From a virus (Duplodnaviria > Caudoviricetes), in IMG/VR virus record IMGVR_UViG_3300027752_000024, positions 1 through 54,150 of that record: a stretch of 54,150 nt of DNA; one strand, 5' to 3'. The stretch's first letter is position 1. Every line of letters begins with the position of its first letter. Under the pieces are notes generated by a model. The model did not search any database. It was not told where the DNA came from and saw nothing but the letters and a program-made list of their open reading frames with translations. Positions 10,540 to 19,189 of the stretch are shown in pieces. A program made the translations under genes and the position numbers.

Positions 10540-10893
10540 TCATTGTGGTATTAAACTGTCTATGTCAAAGTTTACACTAACTCCGCAACCGCAACTGCTT
10601 TTAGCATTTGGATTGTTAATTTCAAAGTTACTGCCAGTTAAACTACTTACATAGTCAACTTCTGTTCCTATTAGAAACATTACACTGTCTGCACTAATAA
10701 CAAAGCTACCTTGATCGCAAGTAACTACTTCGTCACCTGGCTTTAGATCTTCTACTTGTGCTGTTCCCCAGTCGTATTCAAATCCTGCGCAACCGCCGCC
10801 TTTGAGATTTAAACTGATTGCATAACAATCATTCTCTTTGCATAGTTTGCCGATCTGAACATTTGCTGCTGGAGTTATGGTACATATTGTCAT
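10540..10893 (-). CDS. iscA: A-type iron-sulfur cluster carrier (IscA/SufA/HesB family)
   Basis: GGGCAGFEY and NPNAKSSCGCG motifs with the three conserved cysteines. Confidence 0.9.
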   Translation of the reverse strand: MTICTITPAANVQIGKLCKENDCYAISLNLKGGGCAGFEYDWGTAQVEDLKPGDEVVTCDQGSFVISADSVMFLIGTEVDYVSSLTGSNFEINNPNAKSSCGCGVSVNFDIDSLIPQ

Positions 10894-10954
10894 ATTTCTG
10901 TTCCTCTTATATCTATTTATCGTTACTTTTTATAATCTTAATGTAAATATAGTT

Positions 10955-11242
10955 ATGTATATTAAACAATATTTAATTGATACTTGGCACATGCGTCAAA
11001 GCAAACTTGGGAAGCAACACACTTATAATCGCAAAAAAACAATGGTATTGTTGCGTTGCGATGCGTGTGATACAGAGTTTACTCGAGAGCGTGGTCAAAT
11101 GGATCCTAAAAGATTAAACAACAACTATTTTCATGTTTGTGAAAACTGCGATGCAAAACGCTTTGCACAAAAACGTGGCGTAACTGCAAAGAAAGTTTGG
11201 AGCATGAGTGCTAGTAGTTCTATTCGTATTAACAAGTTATAG
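10955..11242 (+). CDS. Hypothetical zinc-ribbon protein
   Basis: CDAC and CENC pairs. Start moved to ATG 10955, which follows a TAAATA motif at 10944-10949. Confidence 0.6.
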   Translation: MYIKQYLIDTWHMRQSKLGKQHTYNRKKTMVLLRCDACDTEFTRERGQMDPKRLNNNYFHVCENCDAKRFAQKRGVTAKKVWSMSASSSIRINKL

Positions 11243-11815
11243 TTCATAGTTGTAGTCGTTTGCATATTTGCCTGCGATAGTCTTTATCTTTTCTAGGTGT
11301 TGACCAGAGACAGCAATGTCTTCTTTCTCTGTGACATTTTCCGGCTCTAGTTTTGCTTCTATGCTATTATGAAAGTATCTAGTTAGCCATGATTTAAGTT
11401 TATATGTTTCTTCTAACTTAAAAACTTTAGGCTTAAAGTTGCCAATGTGTGTGTTTGGCAATATTGCACAATGCCAACGCCAATCTATATCGTTGTATGT
11501 ATTGTGTAGTATACGATCAAGATGTGTGTCAAAAGGACCTTCAACGCTGTATCGTTGCTTCATAAACTTGTATCCGCTTAGTATCCATGTGACCGGATGC
11601 CTTACAGTTGTAAACAACTGATAGTCTTTATAATCTATAAACGGTTCGGCAGCATATGCCTTTTCGTTAGGATCTAAACTTTCCCAGTGATTGCTTAGTC
11701 TGTGTAAATATCTTGTAATACTACAGCCGCCGCACTTTGGTATGTGTATAAATCCTAACTTCAATCGATGGTTAATTAAGTTACCGCCAATTACTCCTTG
11801 CGCCATATAGTCCAT
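11237..11815 (-). CDS. Sulfotransferase family (Sulfotransfer_2-like) protein
   Basis: FIHIPKCGGCSI (5'-PSB-like) and TVRHPVTWILSGY (3'-PB-like) motifs. Start codon uncertain. Confidence 0.75.
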   Translation of the reverse strand: MDYMAQGVIGGNLINHRLKLGFIHIPKCGGCSITRYLHRLSNHWESLDPNEKAYAAEPFIDYKDYQLFTTVRHPVTWILSGYKFMKQRYSVEGPFDTHLDRILHNTYNDIDWRWHCAILPNTHIGNFKPKVFKLEETYKLKSWLTRYFHNSIEAKLEPENVTEKEDIAVSGQHLEKIKTIAGKYANDYNYEL

Positions 11816-11955
11816 GCACCGTATGCGATTGCGCCGTATGCAATAAGTTTAGTTAATGGTGAAAAAATAATAATAGCTGCTCCTGCTGCTACCATTAGTA
11901 CTCCATCAACGGTTGACCGCTCCCGCAATCGTGTTTCTATCCAATTTTTGATCAT
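11791..11955 (-). CDS. Small membrane protein (54 aa)
   Basis: Manual translation MIKNWIETRLRERSTVDGVLMVAAGAAIIIFSPLTKLIAYGAIAYGAWTIWRKE. GGAG upstream and two hydrophobic segments. Below the ORF-track cutoff. Confidence 0.65.
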   Translation of the reverse strand: MIKNWIETRLRERSTVDGVLMVAAGAAIIIFSPLTKLIAYGAIAYGAWTIWRKE

Positions 11956-12196
11956 TACTTAATCTCCTAATACGTTTGTCTTGTTCATTTATTTGACGTT
12001 CCAGTCTACTTAATTTTTCTTCTAATGCAAAAACATATGCGTGTGTTGGTATTTGTTTTTCCGTACCCGCTTCGTCTAGCATTGTAAAAGTATTCACGCC
12101 TGCTCCTTTGAGACCACCTAACACACGGTTAGGATTTTTATCTCTAGTTGCTACTTGTGGAGAATTTACTCCGTACATTTTATTTAAATAACTCAT
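11906..12196 (-). CDS. Hypothetical coiled-coil protein
   Basis: 96-aa ORF with ATAAATA 4 nt upstream of the ATG. Confidence 0.6.
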   Translation of the reverse strand: MSYLNKMYGVNSPQVATRDKNPNRVLGGLKGAGVNTFTMLDEAGTEKQIPTHAYVFALEEKLSRLERQINEQDKRIRRLSNDQKLDRNTIAGAVNR

Positions 12197-12203
12197 AATG
12201 TAT

Positions 12204-13250
12204 TTATGCTGCCATTTCTGTAAACCCGCCAGTATTAATAATATGACGTTGTAATAGTTGTCTGCTTGCTAAGTTCTTACACTTTGCCTCTACCATAATA
12301 TCAGCCCACTGCCAGTGCGATAGTGCCCAGTCATTGACTGCGCCGTTCCACATATAGTCTGAGTGAGCTCTTAGTTTTTGTTTTTTGTATCCGTGCTCAA
12401 GAAGCTGTCCCATAGCTGGTCGAACTTCTGTGTTATAATCTTGGAGACAATCCTCCCTACTAACACTATAATGCATAGCAGGACGAACGCCACGCCAGCT
12501 ATCAATAACACGTTTGATTCTATCATCATTAGGTTCAATATATTCTCCTTCTCTGCACCAATGGTGATGTACATCTAGCACCAAAGCGAGATAGTCTGCA
12601 AGCTCGAGACTATCTCCAATTCCCCATTTGTTTTCGTCGTTTTCGATTGTAATAGTATTTCTTGCTTCTGGCGAGAGACGGGCAAGCGCACTCTTAATAC
12701 CGGCTGGACCTTGGCGCCCACTGATGTGGACATTACACTTGAAGTCTTGAAACTTGCGGCCGTAGCCCATCCACCTAATGAGGTTCGCATGATATTCAAA
12801 CTCCTCTATTGATCTTTCCACGATTTCCGGAGTGTCGGATGCGAGAACAACAAATTGTCCGGGATGCATCGAAAGTCGCACATCAAGGGCTCTTGCCGTG
12901 TCACCGACTGCACCATAGTGTTTTTCACAGTATGCCACAACGTCAGGACGGCTCCAAAAGTACCGCCAATCAGGATGGGTAGCACAAGGAAGCTGATTGC
13001 TACCCAGTCTGACCATCCGAAGTTCAGGAGTAAGACTTCCCACATATTCTACTAACCTCTTTGCTGCGGCAGCGTTATGTTCCATAATGTCCCAGAGCCG
13101 CTGTTCTGCTACATTACGTGTTTGTCTATTTAGCCACTGCACTGTTGTACTGCGTTCTGTAAGCGGCCGTTGTAGTTCTTCGAGTACTTTTTTCTTCTGT
13201 GTCTGATCTTCATGCAAATATTTACATGCAAATCCTATACGTTTGATCAT
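12204..13250 (-). CDS. uvsE: UV damage endonuclease (UvsE/UVDE)
   Basis: RIGFACKY, RLSMHPGQFVVLAS, IENDE, LDVHHHW, HYS, RAHSDY and DIMVEAKCK motifs. Confidence 0.92.
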   Translation of the reverse strand: MIKRIGFACKYLHEDQTQKKKVLEELQRPLTERSTTVQWLNRQTRNVAEQRLWDIMEHNAAAAKRLVEYVGSLTPELRMVRLGSNQLPCATHPDWRYFWSRPDVVAYCEKHYGAVGDTARALDVRLSMHPGQFVVLASDTPEIVERSIEEFEYHANLIRWMGYGRKFQDFKCNVHISGRQGPAGIKSALARLSPEARNTITIENDENKWGIGDSLELADYLALVLDVHHHWCREGEYIEPNDDRIKRVIDSWRGVRPAMHYSVSREDCLQDYNTEVRPAMGQLLEHGYKKQKLRAHSDYMWNGAVNDWALSHWQWADIMVEAKCKNLASRQLLQRHIINTGGFTEMAA

Positions 13251-13281
13251 TATTTGTGCCTATTCATTTGTTGTTCAAATA

Positions 13282-13310
13282 GTTATAACACGATTGTATG
13301 TGTATGTCAA
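13282..13310 (-). promoter_or_regulatory. Sigma70-like early promoter upstream of uvsE
   Basis: TTGACA-N17-TATAAC. Confidence 0.65.
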
Positions 13311-13313
13311 CAT

Positions 13314-13535
13314 TTAATGTTGAACACCATTGATGATATCGTCAAGTGCTTTAAGAGCTACTGTATAATGCAAGTTTTCACCCCACGTTTCACAATAGTC
13401 TTTGGCTGCTGCATCGGCAAGTTCTTTACTACTGTAAACGCCATGTAATCTACTGCGTTCTGGGTGACCTGTATTGTATGTGTGTACAATATAAATGTTA
13501 GTTGTTGTGTTCATCGCCAGTTCTCCTTTACCCAA
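13314..13535 (-). CDS. Hypothetical protein
   Basis: Short ORF packed between neighbours. The real start may be the second Met (MNTTT). Confidence 0.5.
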   Translation of the reverse strand: MGKGELAMNTTTNIYIVHTYNTGHPERSRLHGVYSSKELADAAAKDYCETWGENLHYTVALKALDDIINGVQH

Positions 13536-14329
13536 CTATCATTTGCATCTGCAGGATTTGGTTCGCCGTGAAACACTGCAATGCATGTATCTGGATGTAT
13601 TTTAGGTGGTGCATCTATTGTAAAGTTACGTTTACGTCTTTCATCAAGTTTGAGATCACGCCTATCACGCATTTCCCATTTGTAACTCATTATCCATTCG
13701 TCTGGCCAAAAAACATGATCGGTAATATGGTTAAACATCCAATCTTGGTCTCCACGTAACCGTTGTGTGTAAGTACGGGGATCTTTTTTAAACTGCTGCC
13801 ATAAGTTATCGTATTGTCCTATTTCTATACGAAACACACTGCTGTTCATTCTATTCCATGTATTGCGTTGACTTCTATTAAAATCTCTAATAATATTAAA
13901 CTTCTTAAGAGCACAACTAAACAGTTTGTCAATGTTTTTAAACACAATCACATCCAAGTCTAAAAATAATAATGTACCATTAATAGGCAAGTCTGCACCA
14001 ACAAACATTGGTTTATACCACCAACCGTCTGCTTGTACTTTTGGTAATGTATATGTTTTAATATTACTGTCTATACCTTTAGGATCTTCTGTAAAGCATA
14101 CAAACTCGTATGGTATAGTTATGTTGCGATTAACCATATTGTATAGTTTGTTTACATATTCAGCACTGTACTTGGTTCCCCATTTTAAACATACTACATA
14201 GTTTTTAGGAGATAATGGGGCTACATCTAGCAACCCCATTTCTTGGTCTAGTTGCGCTAGTTCAGTCAAGGCTTTCCCACGAGCCTTCCTTGCTTTGCGT
14301 TCTTCTTTGGGTTCAGTCCAGTTTTTCAT
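13511..14329 (-). CDS. GT-A fold glycosyltransferase-like protein
   Basis: VVCLKWGTKY..EYVNKL, GWWYKP, LFLDLDVIV (DxD), NSSV, GDQDW and VFHGEPNP motifs. Start moved to ATG 14329, overlapping the queD end. Confidence 0.75.
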   Translation of the reverse strand: MKNWTEPKEERKARKARGKALTELAQLDQEMGLLDVAPLSPKNYVVCLKWGTKYSAEYVNKLYNMVNRNITIPYEFVCFTEDPKGIDSNIKTYTLPKVQADGWWYKPMFVGADLPINGTLLFLDLDVIVFKNIDKLFSCALKKFNIIRDFNRSQRNTWNRMNSSVFRIEIGQYDNLWQQFKKDPRTYTQRLRGDQDWMFNHITDHVFWPDEWIMSYKWEMRDRRDLKLDERRKRNFTIDAPPKIHPDTCIAVFHGEPNPADANDSWVKENWR

Positions 14330-14798
14330 TAAATGACATTTTCTGTGTTGTGTAAGGTGTGTAGATTGCACTGTTAGCACCATGCTCTGCACACTCTGCA
14401 CTTTCACACCAGCAACGATTGTTAGTTGCTTCACGGATTAACTTATCAGCAAACTTCCAAGCATGATATGCAAACATTTCTGCACCAACGCCGTCCATTA
14501 CTCTAATCTCTGCAAGTCCCATTGCTTCAAGTTCTGAAAATTTATACAAGAACGGATCTTCTCTGTCAATAACAGTCTTGTGATCAAAACTATCTTCGAG
14601 CCATGCCTTCAAAGGTTTAAGTCCTCCAAAGTCTACTGCCCAGTTTTTGTTGTCTAGTTCACTGCATCCAAATGTAAATTTAAATGCCAAACTGTAGCCA
14701 TGTAGCAAATGACAATGTGAATGATCTGCATTAGGTTGACGGAACACTGCACTCAAGCCAATCTGGTGTCCGTATGTTTTAGTTGAATAAAAAGCCAT
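14313..14798 (-). CDS. queD: 6-carboxytetrahydropterin synthase (QueD/PTPS family)
   Basis: HSHCHLLHGYS (Cx3HG), VDFGGLK, FDHK, GAEMFA and EHGANSA motifs. Confidence 0.88.
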   Translation of the reverse strand: MAFYSTKTYGHQIGLSAVFRQPNADHSHCHLLHGYSLAFKFTFGCSELDNKNWAVDFGGLKPLKAWLEDSFDHKTVIDREDPFLYKFSELEAMGLAEIRVMDGVGAEMFAYHAWKFADKLIREATNNRCWCESAECAEHGANSAIYTPYTTQKMSFNEKLD

Positions 14799-14805
14799 TA
14801 GTTAT

Positions 14806-14863
14806 ACTCCTGTGTTAATGGAGTGTGCGGAATATTTAGAGTGGGTCGAACACTTAGTCCACT
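14806..14863 (-). promoter_or_regulatory. Candidate cis-regulatory RNA (pseudoknot plus SD-sequestering hairpin) in the queD 5' UTR
   Basis: P1 AGUGG/CCACU. Loop AGUGUUCG pairs with downstream CGCACACU (7 of 8 positions). An overlapping ACUCC can pair with the SD GGAGU. Confidence 0.5.
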
Positions 14864-14875
14864 GTATTACTACTT

Positions 14876-14903
14876 ATAATAATACAAGTTTTTATATTGT
14901 CAA
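14876..14903 (-). promoter_or_regulatory. Sigma70-like promoter for queD
   Basis: TTGACA-N16-TATTAT. Confidence 0.6.
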
Positions 14904-14908
14904 GTGGT

Positions 14909-15379
14909 TTATTTATTAAGAGGCAGTACTGTTAGTGGAATATTGTCGTAGGTTTGAGATTTTTCAGTTTGGAAGATTAAATAGTTACAAACAAAATCGC
15001 CTGTTATGCTAACACGATATTCACCACCTTCGCTCATAGCATCTGGACGAATCATTGTCCATTGATTAGGTATTTCTTTGCCCGGACGAGTATTACGCAC
15101 ATATTGTTTTTTAAATTTATCTAGCATATGCATATGTCCGTTATCTGAATATGCAACTCCGTATACTCGTGTGCTGTTGCATTCGTGCTTTTTAGACCCA
15201 ATCATTACAAAATCTATAGTATCGCCTTCTACTGGATTGTTTGATATTTCAATTTTAATATCCTGGAAGACAAACGCATTATCAAAACTCATATACGCAA
15301 TGCCTAACGATATAAGTGTTACTAAACTAATACCGCTAACAATGTTAGCCACTGCCTTTACTATCAAGGTCCTATTCAT
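14909..15379 (-). CDS. Hypothetical membrane-anchored protein
   Basis: N-terminal hydrophobic helix followed by a beta-rich domain with two Cys. Confidence 0.6.
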   Translation of the reverse strand: MNRTLIVKAVANIVSGISLVTLISLGIAYMSFDNAFVFQDIKIEISNNPVEGDTIDFVMIGSKKHECNSTRVYGVAYSDNGHMHMLDKFKKQYVRNTRPGKEIPNQWTMIRPDAMSEGGEYRVSITGDFVCNYLIFQTEKSQTYDNIPLTVLPLNK

Positions 15380-15695
15380 CCCGTAAATCCCTTACTTCCG
15401 TTGTTATTGATTTAAGTTCGTCTCTAACAGCACGTAATCCGTTTGTGGCGTTAGACATATTTTTAATAATATAACGAATAGTAAAAATGCTCCAAAACCA
15501 CCAAACTACACCTGTAAGTCCAAACATAATAAGACCTATATAAAATATGGCATCAAAATCAATAATATTAAAAACTATTAACAGAGTTGCCAGCGCCAAG
15601 AAGAACGGTGGAGTTATTTTTGCATATAAATCCCACCGTTCTGCTTGTTGTATAATTTTCTTAGTTTGTTCTAAGTTAAAAAAGTCATCTTCCAT
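15372..15695 (-). CDS. Hypothetical two-TM membrane protein
   Basis: Two hydrophobic segments and a C-terminal coiled coil. Start moved to MEDD (15695), 4 nt after TATAAATA at 15700-15707. Confidence 0.6.
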   Translation of the reverse strand: MEDDFFNLEQTKKIIQQAERWDLYAKITPPFFLALATLLIVFNIIDFDAIFYIGLIMFGLTGVVWWFWSIFTIRYIIKNMSNATNGLRAVRDELKSITTEVRDLRDE

Positions 15696-15728
15696 ACAGT
15701 ATTTATACAGATACAACTTGCATAAATT

Positions 15729-17057
15729 TTAGACATTAATACTATTAAGATCCTCTAGTAGAATATTTTCAAACGTTTTTTTGCTGTAGTCTGCGATTTC
15801 AACTTTAAGCCCTTTGGCTTTGGCTTTTAGTTTTGCAATCTCTTCTGTTGTTAAACTACGCATAGGAAGTCCTAAGAACCCTTTAACACGACCTTCTAAT
15901 ACAGCATCATATGCTTCTGCTTGTGCAATCACTGCGACCTCTTTAGCATTACGTAACTCAATATCGCCGTCTACAACACCTTGGATAAACTTTGCACGAG
16001 CATTAGTATAATCCATTTCTTCTTGCATACTAGCAAGTAAATGTTTTTTACGTAGATCATTATACTCAATACGTTTTACATACCAAGCTTCTAACAATTC
16101 ACTAAGACTGTTAAAGATAACAATCTTGTTGTTCTCATCAATGCAAGTAAAGTTTTCACTTACCTTCTTAATCAACTTTAGCTTTGTCATTATCCATTCA
16201 TCTGTACGCTCACCAAACGCACGATCAACTTGGATTTCAAACTCAAACACATCGTTGTCTGATAAGTCATCGTAATCTTTAATCACTTTGTCGTCAACGA
16301 GCTTCTCTAACACTGCTTGATATTGTTTGAGCGTATAGCCCACAGGCAACGCATTGATGGTTATACGGTGCTTAGTAGTGCGTACAAACGACCCTGTAAT
16401 CTCCCATTGTACTGAACTTTCGCCTTTGTTAACTGTACAGCTCATTCCTGTCCAGTGTGGTGTTAGGTTAGCAGTAGTACGTTTACCTTCTGCACGTTGC
16501 TGTACCCACTTAGCAATCTGTTTAGGATCACGTGGAAGGATCTTTTGTGCAAAGCCAATACTTACACCTTCACTGCCGTTGATAGCAAGCATAGGAAGTA
16601 CTGGCACATAATAGCGTGGCTCAATCTTAGCACCCTCAAAGTTCTGATGCTCAAGGTTTACAAAGTCATCCTTGACATACAGTTGCTTCAGGATAGGATT
16701 CATGCGGGCAAAGATATAACGTGTAGCAGCCGCATCGTTAATAAATGCTGATCCAAAGTTACCATCGCCTTCTAGCAGTGGAACATTATTGCCACTGCCT
16801 ACATAGTTTGCAGTCATGTTAACAATAGTGCCTTCCAGACTACCATGCAAATACTGTGCATAGTCTTGTACCTTAGGTCCTAAGTTGCTTACTTTAACAA
16901 ACTTGTCAATGTTCTGTTGTAAGACTGTGTGTACAATCTTACGACTTGCGTTCTTTTGTCCATCGATATAACTGCTTAGTTTACGCACGTTGTCGTAGAC
17001 CGAAAAGTCAATGTATTCATTCTTAAAGAAGTCTTCTAATGGTAGTTGCTTTGTCAT
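15729..17057 (-). CDS. Type II DNA topoisomerase, medium subunit (T4 gp52/GyrA-like)
   Basis: DGQKNASRK, YLHG, GNFGS..AAATRYIF (catalytic RY), EPRYYVP, NGSEGVSIGFA. Confidence 0.93.
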   Translation of the reverse strand: MTKQLPLEDFFKNEYIDFSVYDNVRKLSSYIDGQKNASRKIVHTVLQQNIDKFVKVSNLGPKVQDYAQYLHGSLEGTIVNMTANYVGSGNNVPLLEGDGNFGSAFINDAAATRYIFARMNPILKQLYVKDDFVNLEHQNFEGAKIEPRYYVPVLPMLAINGSEGVSIGFAQKILPRDPKQIAKWVQQRAEGKRTTANLTPHWTGMSCTVNKGESSVQWEITGSFVRTTKHRITINALPVGYTLKQYQAVLEKLVDDKVIKDYDDLSDNDVFEFEIQVDRAFGERTDEWIMTKLKLIKKVSENFTCIDENNKIVIFNSLSELLEAWYVKRIEYNDLRKKHLLASMQEEMDYTNARAKFIQGVVDGDIELRNAKEVAVIAQAEAYDAVLEGRVKGFLGLPMRSLTTEEIAKLKAKAKGLKVEIADYSKKTFENILLEDLNSINV

Positions 17058-17061
17058 TGTC

Positions 17062-18852
17062 TTACACCTTCATAATATCAAACGGAGCACTTTGTAGAAT
17101 CTGCTCTTTACGGTAATCAATAGTAGTACTACTAAACCAACTCTTAAACAAGTCAGTGTCAGCAATACTTACTGTTGGCAACATTTCATCCATTGTGTCT
17201 ACGTCGATAATATGCTTCAAGTCTTTCTCACTCCAACTACCCAAGCCTTTTACATAGCTTACGTCTAGCTTGTGATCAATTTTGTTTACATCTGCAAACG
17301 TATATGCCCATTCTTTAACAACGTTGTTCTTCTTGCCGATTGCAATAGGTGTACGCAGGATCTTCATCTTGCCATTATTCAAATGCTCCGGAAAATACTT
17401 GTACATAAACAACGATACCAACCCGCGGATACGACTTCCATCTGCATCAGCGTCAGTTGCTAAACAAATCTCTGCATCTGGAAACATTGTAATAATGCTG
17501 TACAGTTCGCTGAGTTCTTTGTTCGCCATAAACTTCTGATGCGACACTTCTAGTACATTAAGCGGAACACCTTTGAGTGCATAAAACGCATTACCTTTGC
17601 GTCCTAAACATTTAATCAAACCGCCGGAGGCACTGTCACCTTCTACAACAAAGATCCTGTTAGTACGATGTCCAATGGCTGCAAAGTACTTGTCACTTTT
17701 AACCTTCTTAGATTTTTCAAGTTTACCCAAGTCTTTCTTAGCATTAAGATCATCTTGTAGTCTAGTGTAAGCACAAATCTCATCAATAAGCTCTGCGTTC
17801 TTCATTAGCTTTGCAACAACTTTACTTACGTCAAACTCGCCGATGGCATCACGACATTCTGCATTTGAGTTTGTTACACGCTCTTTGGTCTGCGAGTCAA
17901 ACTTTAGTGCTGGAAAGCCGTTTACAATAGCGTGTACTCGTAAGTGTTGCTTCAAACGTGCTGCACTAATATCTACTTTGCGCCTACGCTTTAGTACGTC
18001 ACGCAAGTTACCAATCACTGCACTAATAAAGAAGTCAATGTGTGTGCCGCCTTTAACACTCAATCCGTTCACAAGACTGTGTGACTGGAAGCTACCATCT
18101 GACTTAGTAATACTAAAGATAGCTTTCTCTGTATTAAAAACATCTCCTGGACCAAAATAGTCTGCAAACTTTAGTTTAACTGCTTTGCGATTAAAACGGA
18201 ACTTGATGTTGTCAAATGCAAGTGCAAGCGAGCGTACACGTTCTTCAATAATGTCAGTGTGTGATTGATCAATATTATCCATACCAAAGAATTCATAGTC
18301 AGGACGGAACTTAACTGTTGTACCTTTGCGAGCAGTTTCTTTTGTACGCACTCGCTTGATCTTGCCATTTTCGCCAACAAGCTGTACTTCTGTTTTACCG
18401 TCTGCACTCTTAGCATCAAACATTGCCGATGTTACAAATGTAATCATACTACCAACACCGTTCATACCAATACTTTCACGATTCTCATCATCAAAGTTTG
18501 AGCCAGCTCGTGCTCTTGTAAACGCTGCTACCATTTGATATTCTTTACCATCTGGTGTACCTACTTCAATAGCAGGAATGCCGCGACCGTTGTCGCTTAC
18601 TACAATAGTGCCATCTGCTTCGACATCTACATCAATGCGTGTAGCAAACTCGCCTTTAGTTCGAACATACTCGTCTACACTGTTATCAATAATCTCGTTG
18701 ATAACTTTTAGCAGGCCGCCAACAATGTTTACTTTTTTAAATTCTGTGTTAATGAACGATACTTCTTCTTGTACAACTTGTGAGCCCCCGTACATAGAAA
18801 AGCGTTTGCGGATGTGTTCTGCATCCGATAATAGTTTAAAGTTGTCAGTCAT
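17062..18852 (-). CDS. Type II DNA topoisomerase, large subunit (fused gp39+gp60/GyrB-like)
   Basis: EIIDNSVDE, DNGRGIP, GMNGVG, VEGDSA, ATDADADG and KGLGS motifs. Confidence 0.95.
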   Translation of the reverse strand: MTDNFKLLSDAEHIRKRFSMYGGSQVVQEEVSFINTEFKKVNIVGGLLKVINEIIDNSVDEYVRTKGEFATRIDVDVEADGTIVVSDNGRGIPAIEVGTPDGKEYQMVAAFTRARAGSNFDDENRESIGMNGVGSMITFVTSAMFDAKSADGKTEVQLVGENGKIKRVRTKETARKGTTVKFRPDYEFFGMDNIDQSHTDIIEERVRSLALAFDNIKFRFNRKAVKLKFADYFGPGDVFNTEKAIFSITKSDGSFQSHSLVNGLSVKGGTHIDFFISAVIGNLRDVLKRRRKVDISAARLKQHLRVHAIVNGFPALKFDSQTKERVTNSNAECRDAIGEFDVSKVVAKLMKNAELIDEICAYTRLQDDLNAKKDLGKLEKSKKVKSDKYFAAIGHRTNRIFVVEGDSASGGLIKCLGRKGNAFYALKGVPLNVLEVSHQKFMANKELSELYSIITMFPDAEICLATDADADGSRIRGLVSLFMYKYFPEHLNNGKMKILRTPIAIGKKNNVVKEWAYTFADVNKIDHKLDVSYVKGLGSWSEKDLKHIIDVDTMDEMLPTVSIADTDLFKSWFSSTTIDYRKEQILQSAPFDIMKV

Positions 18853-18881
18853 TGTCTGCCCTTGTTATAATGTATGTTCTT

Positions 18882-18910
18882 ATTATATAGCCTTTTAATG
18901 AAAAAGTCAA
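18882..18910 (-). promoter_or_regulatory. Sigma70-like promoter for the topoisomerase genes
   Basis: TTGACT-N17-TATAAT. Confidence 0.7.
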
Positions 18911-19038
18911 CCAAAAAGCCACATAACGATTAGTATAACAATAAGCCAGCCCCATAATGTATTGGATCTTTCAGCAGCTTCTCGTTCGCAAGCATAGCAT
19001 TTCTTCTTGCCTTTATATCCGTGTTTCCTACATGCCAC
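18907..19038 (-). CDS. Small hypothetical protein (Cys/His cluster plus C-terminal TM)
   Basis: GTG start after GGAG. MACRKHGYKGKKKCYACE...WGWLIVILIVMWLFG. Confidence 0.5.
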   Translation of the reverse strand: MACRKHGYKGKKKCYACEREAAERSNTLWGWLIVILIVMWLFG

Positions 19039-19189
19039 GTTCTTGCTCCAATCTATATTGACAATAATAGTCCCAGCCGTATTCATACATTGCATATGCT
19101 GCAATAAATCCTATGTATGGAATAAAAGCTACATTTAGCAGTATCCACGAAAAGATAACTGCGATTACTATGTCATACGTTCTAATCAA
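19028..19189 (-). CDS. Small membrane protein (53 aa)
   Basis: TTG start overlaps the ligase stop (TTGA). MIRTYDIVIAVIFSWILLNVAFIPYIGFIAAYAMYEYGWDYYCQYRLEQERGM. Confidence 0.5.
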   Translation of the reverse strand: MIRTYDIVIAVIFSWILLNVAFIPYIGFIAAYAMYEYGWDYYCQYRLEQERGM

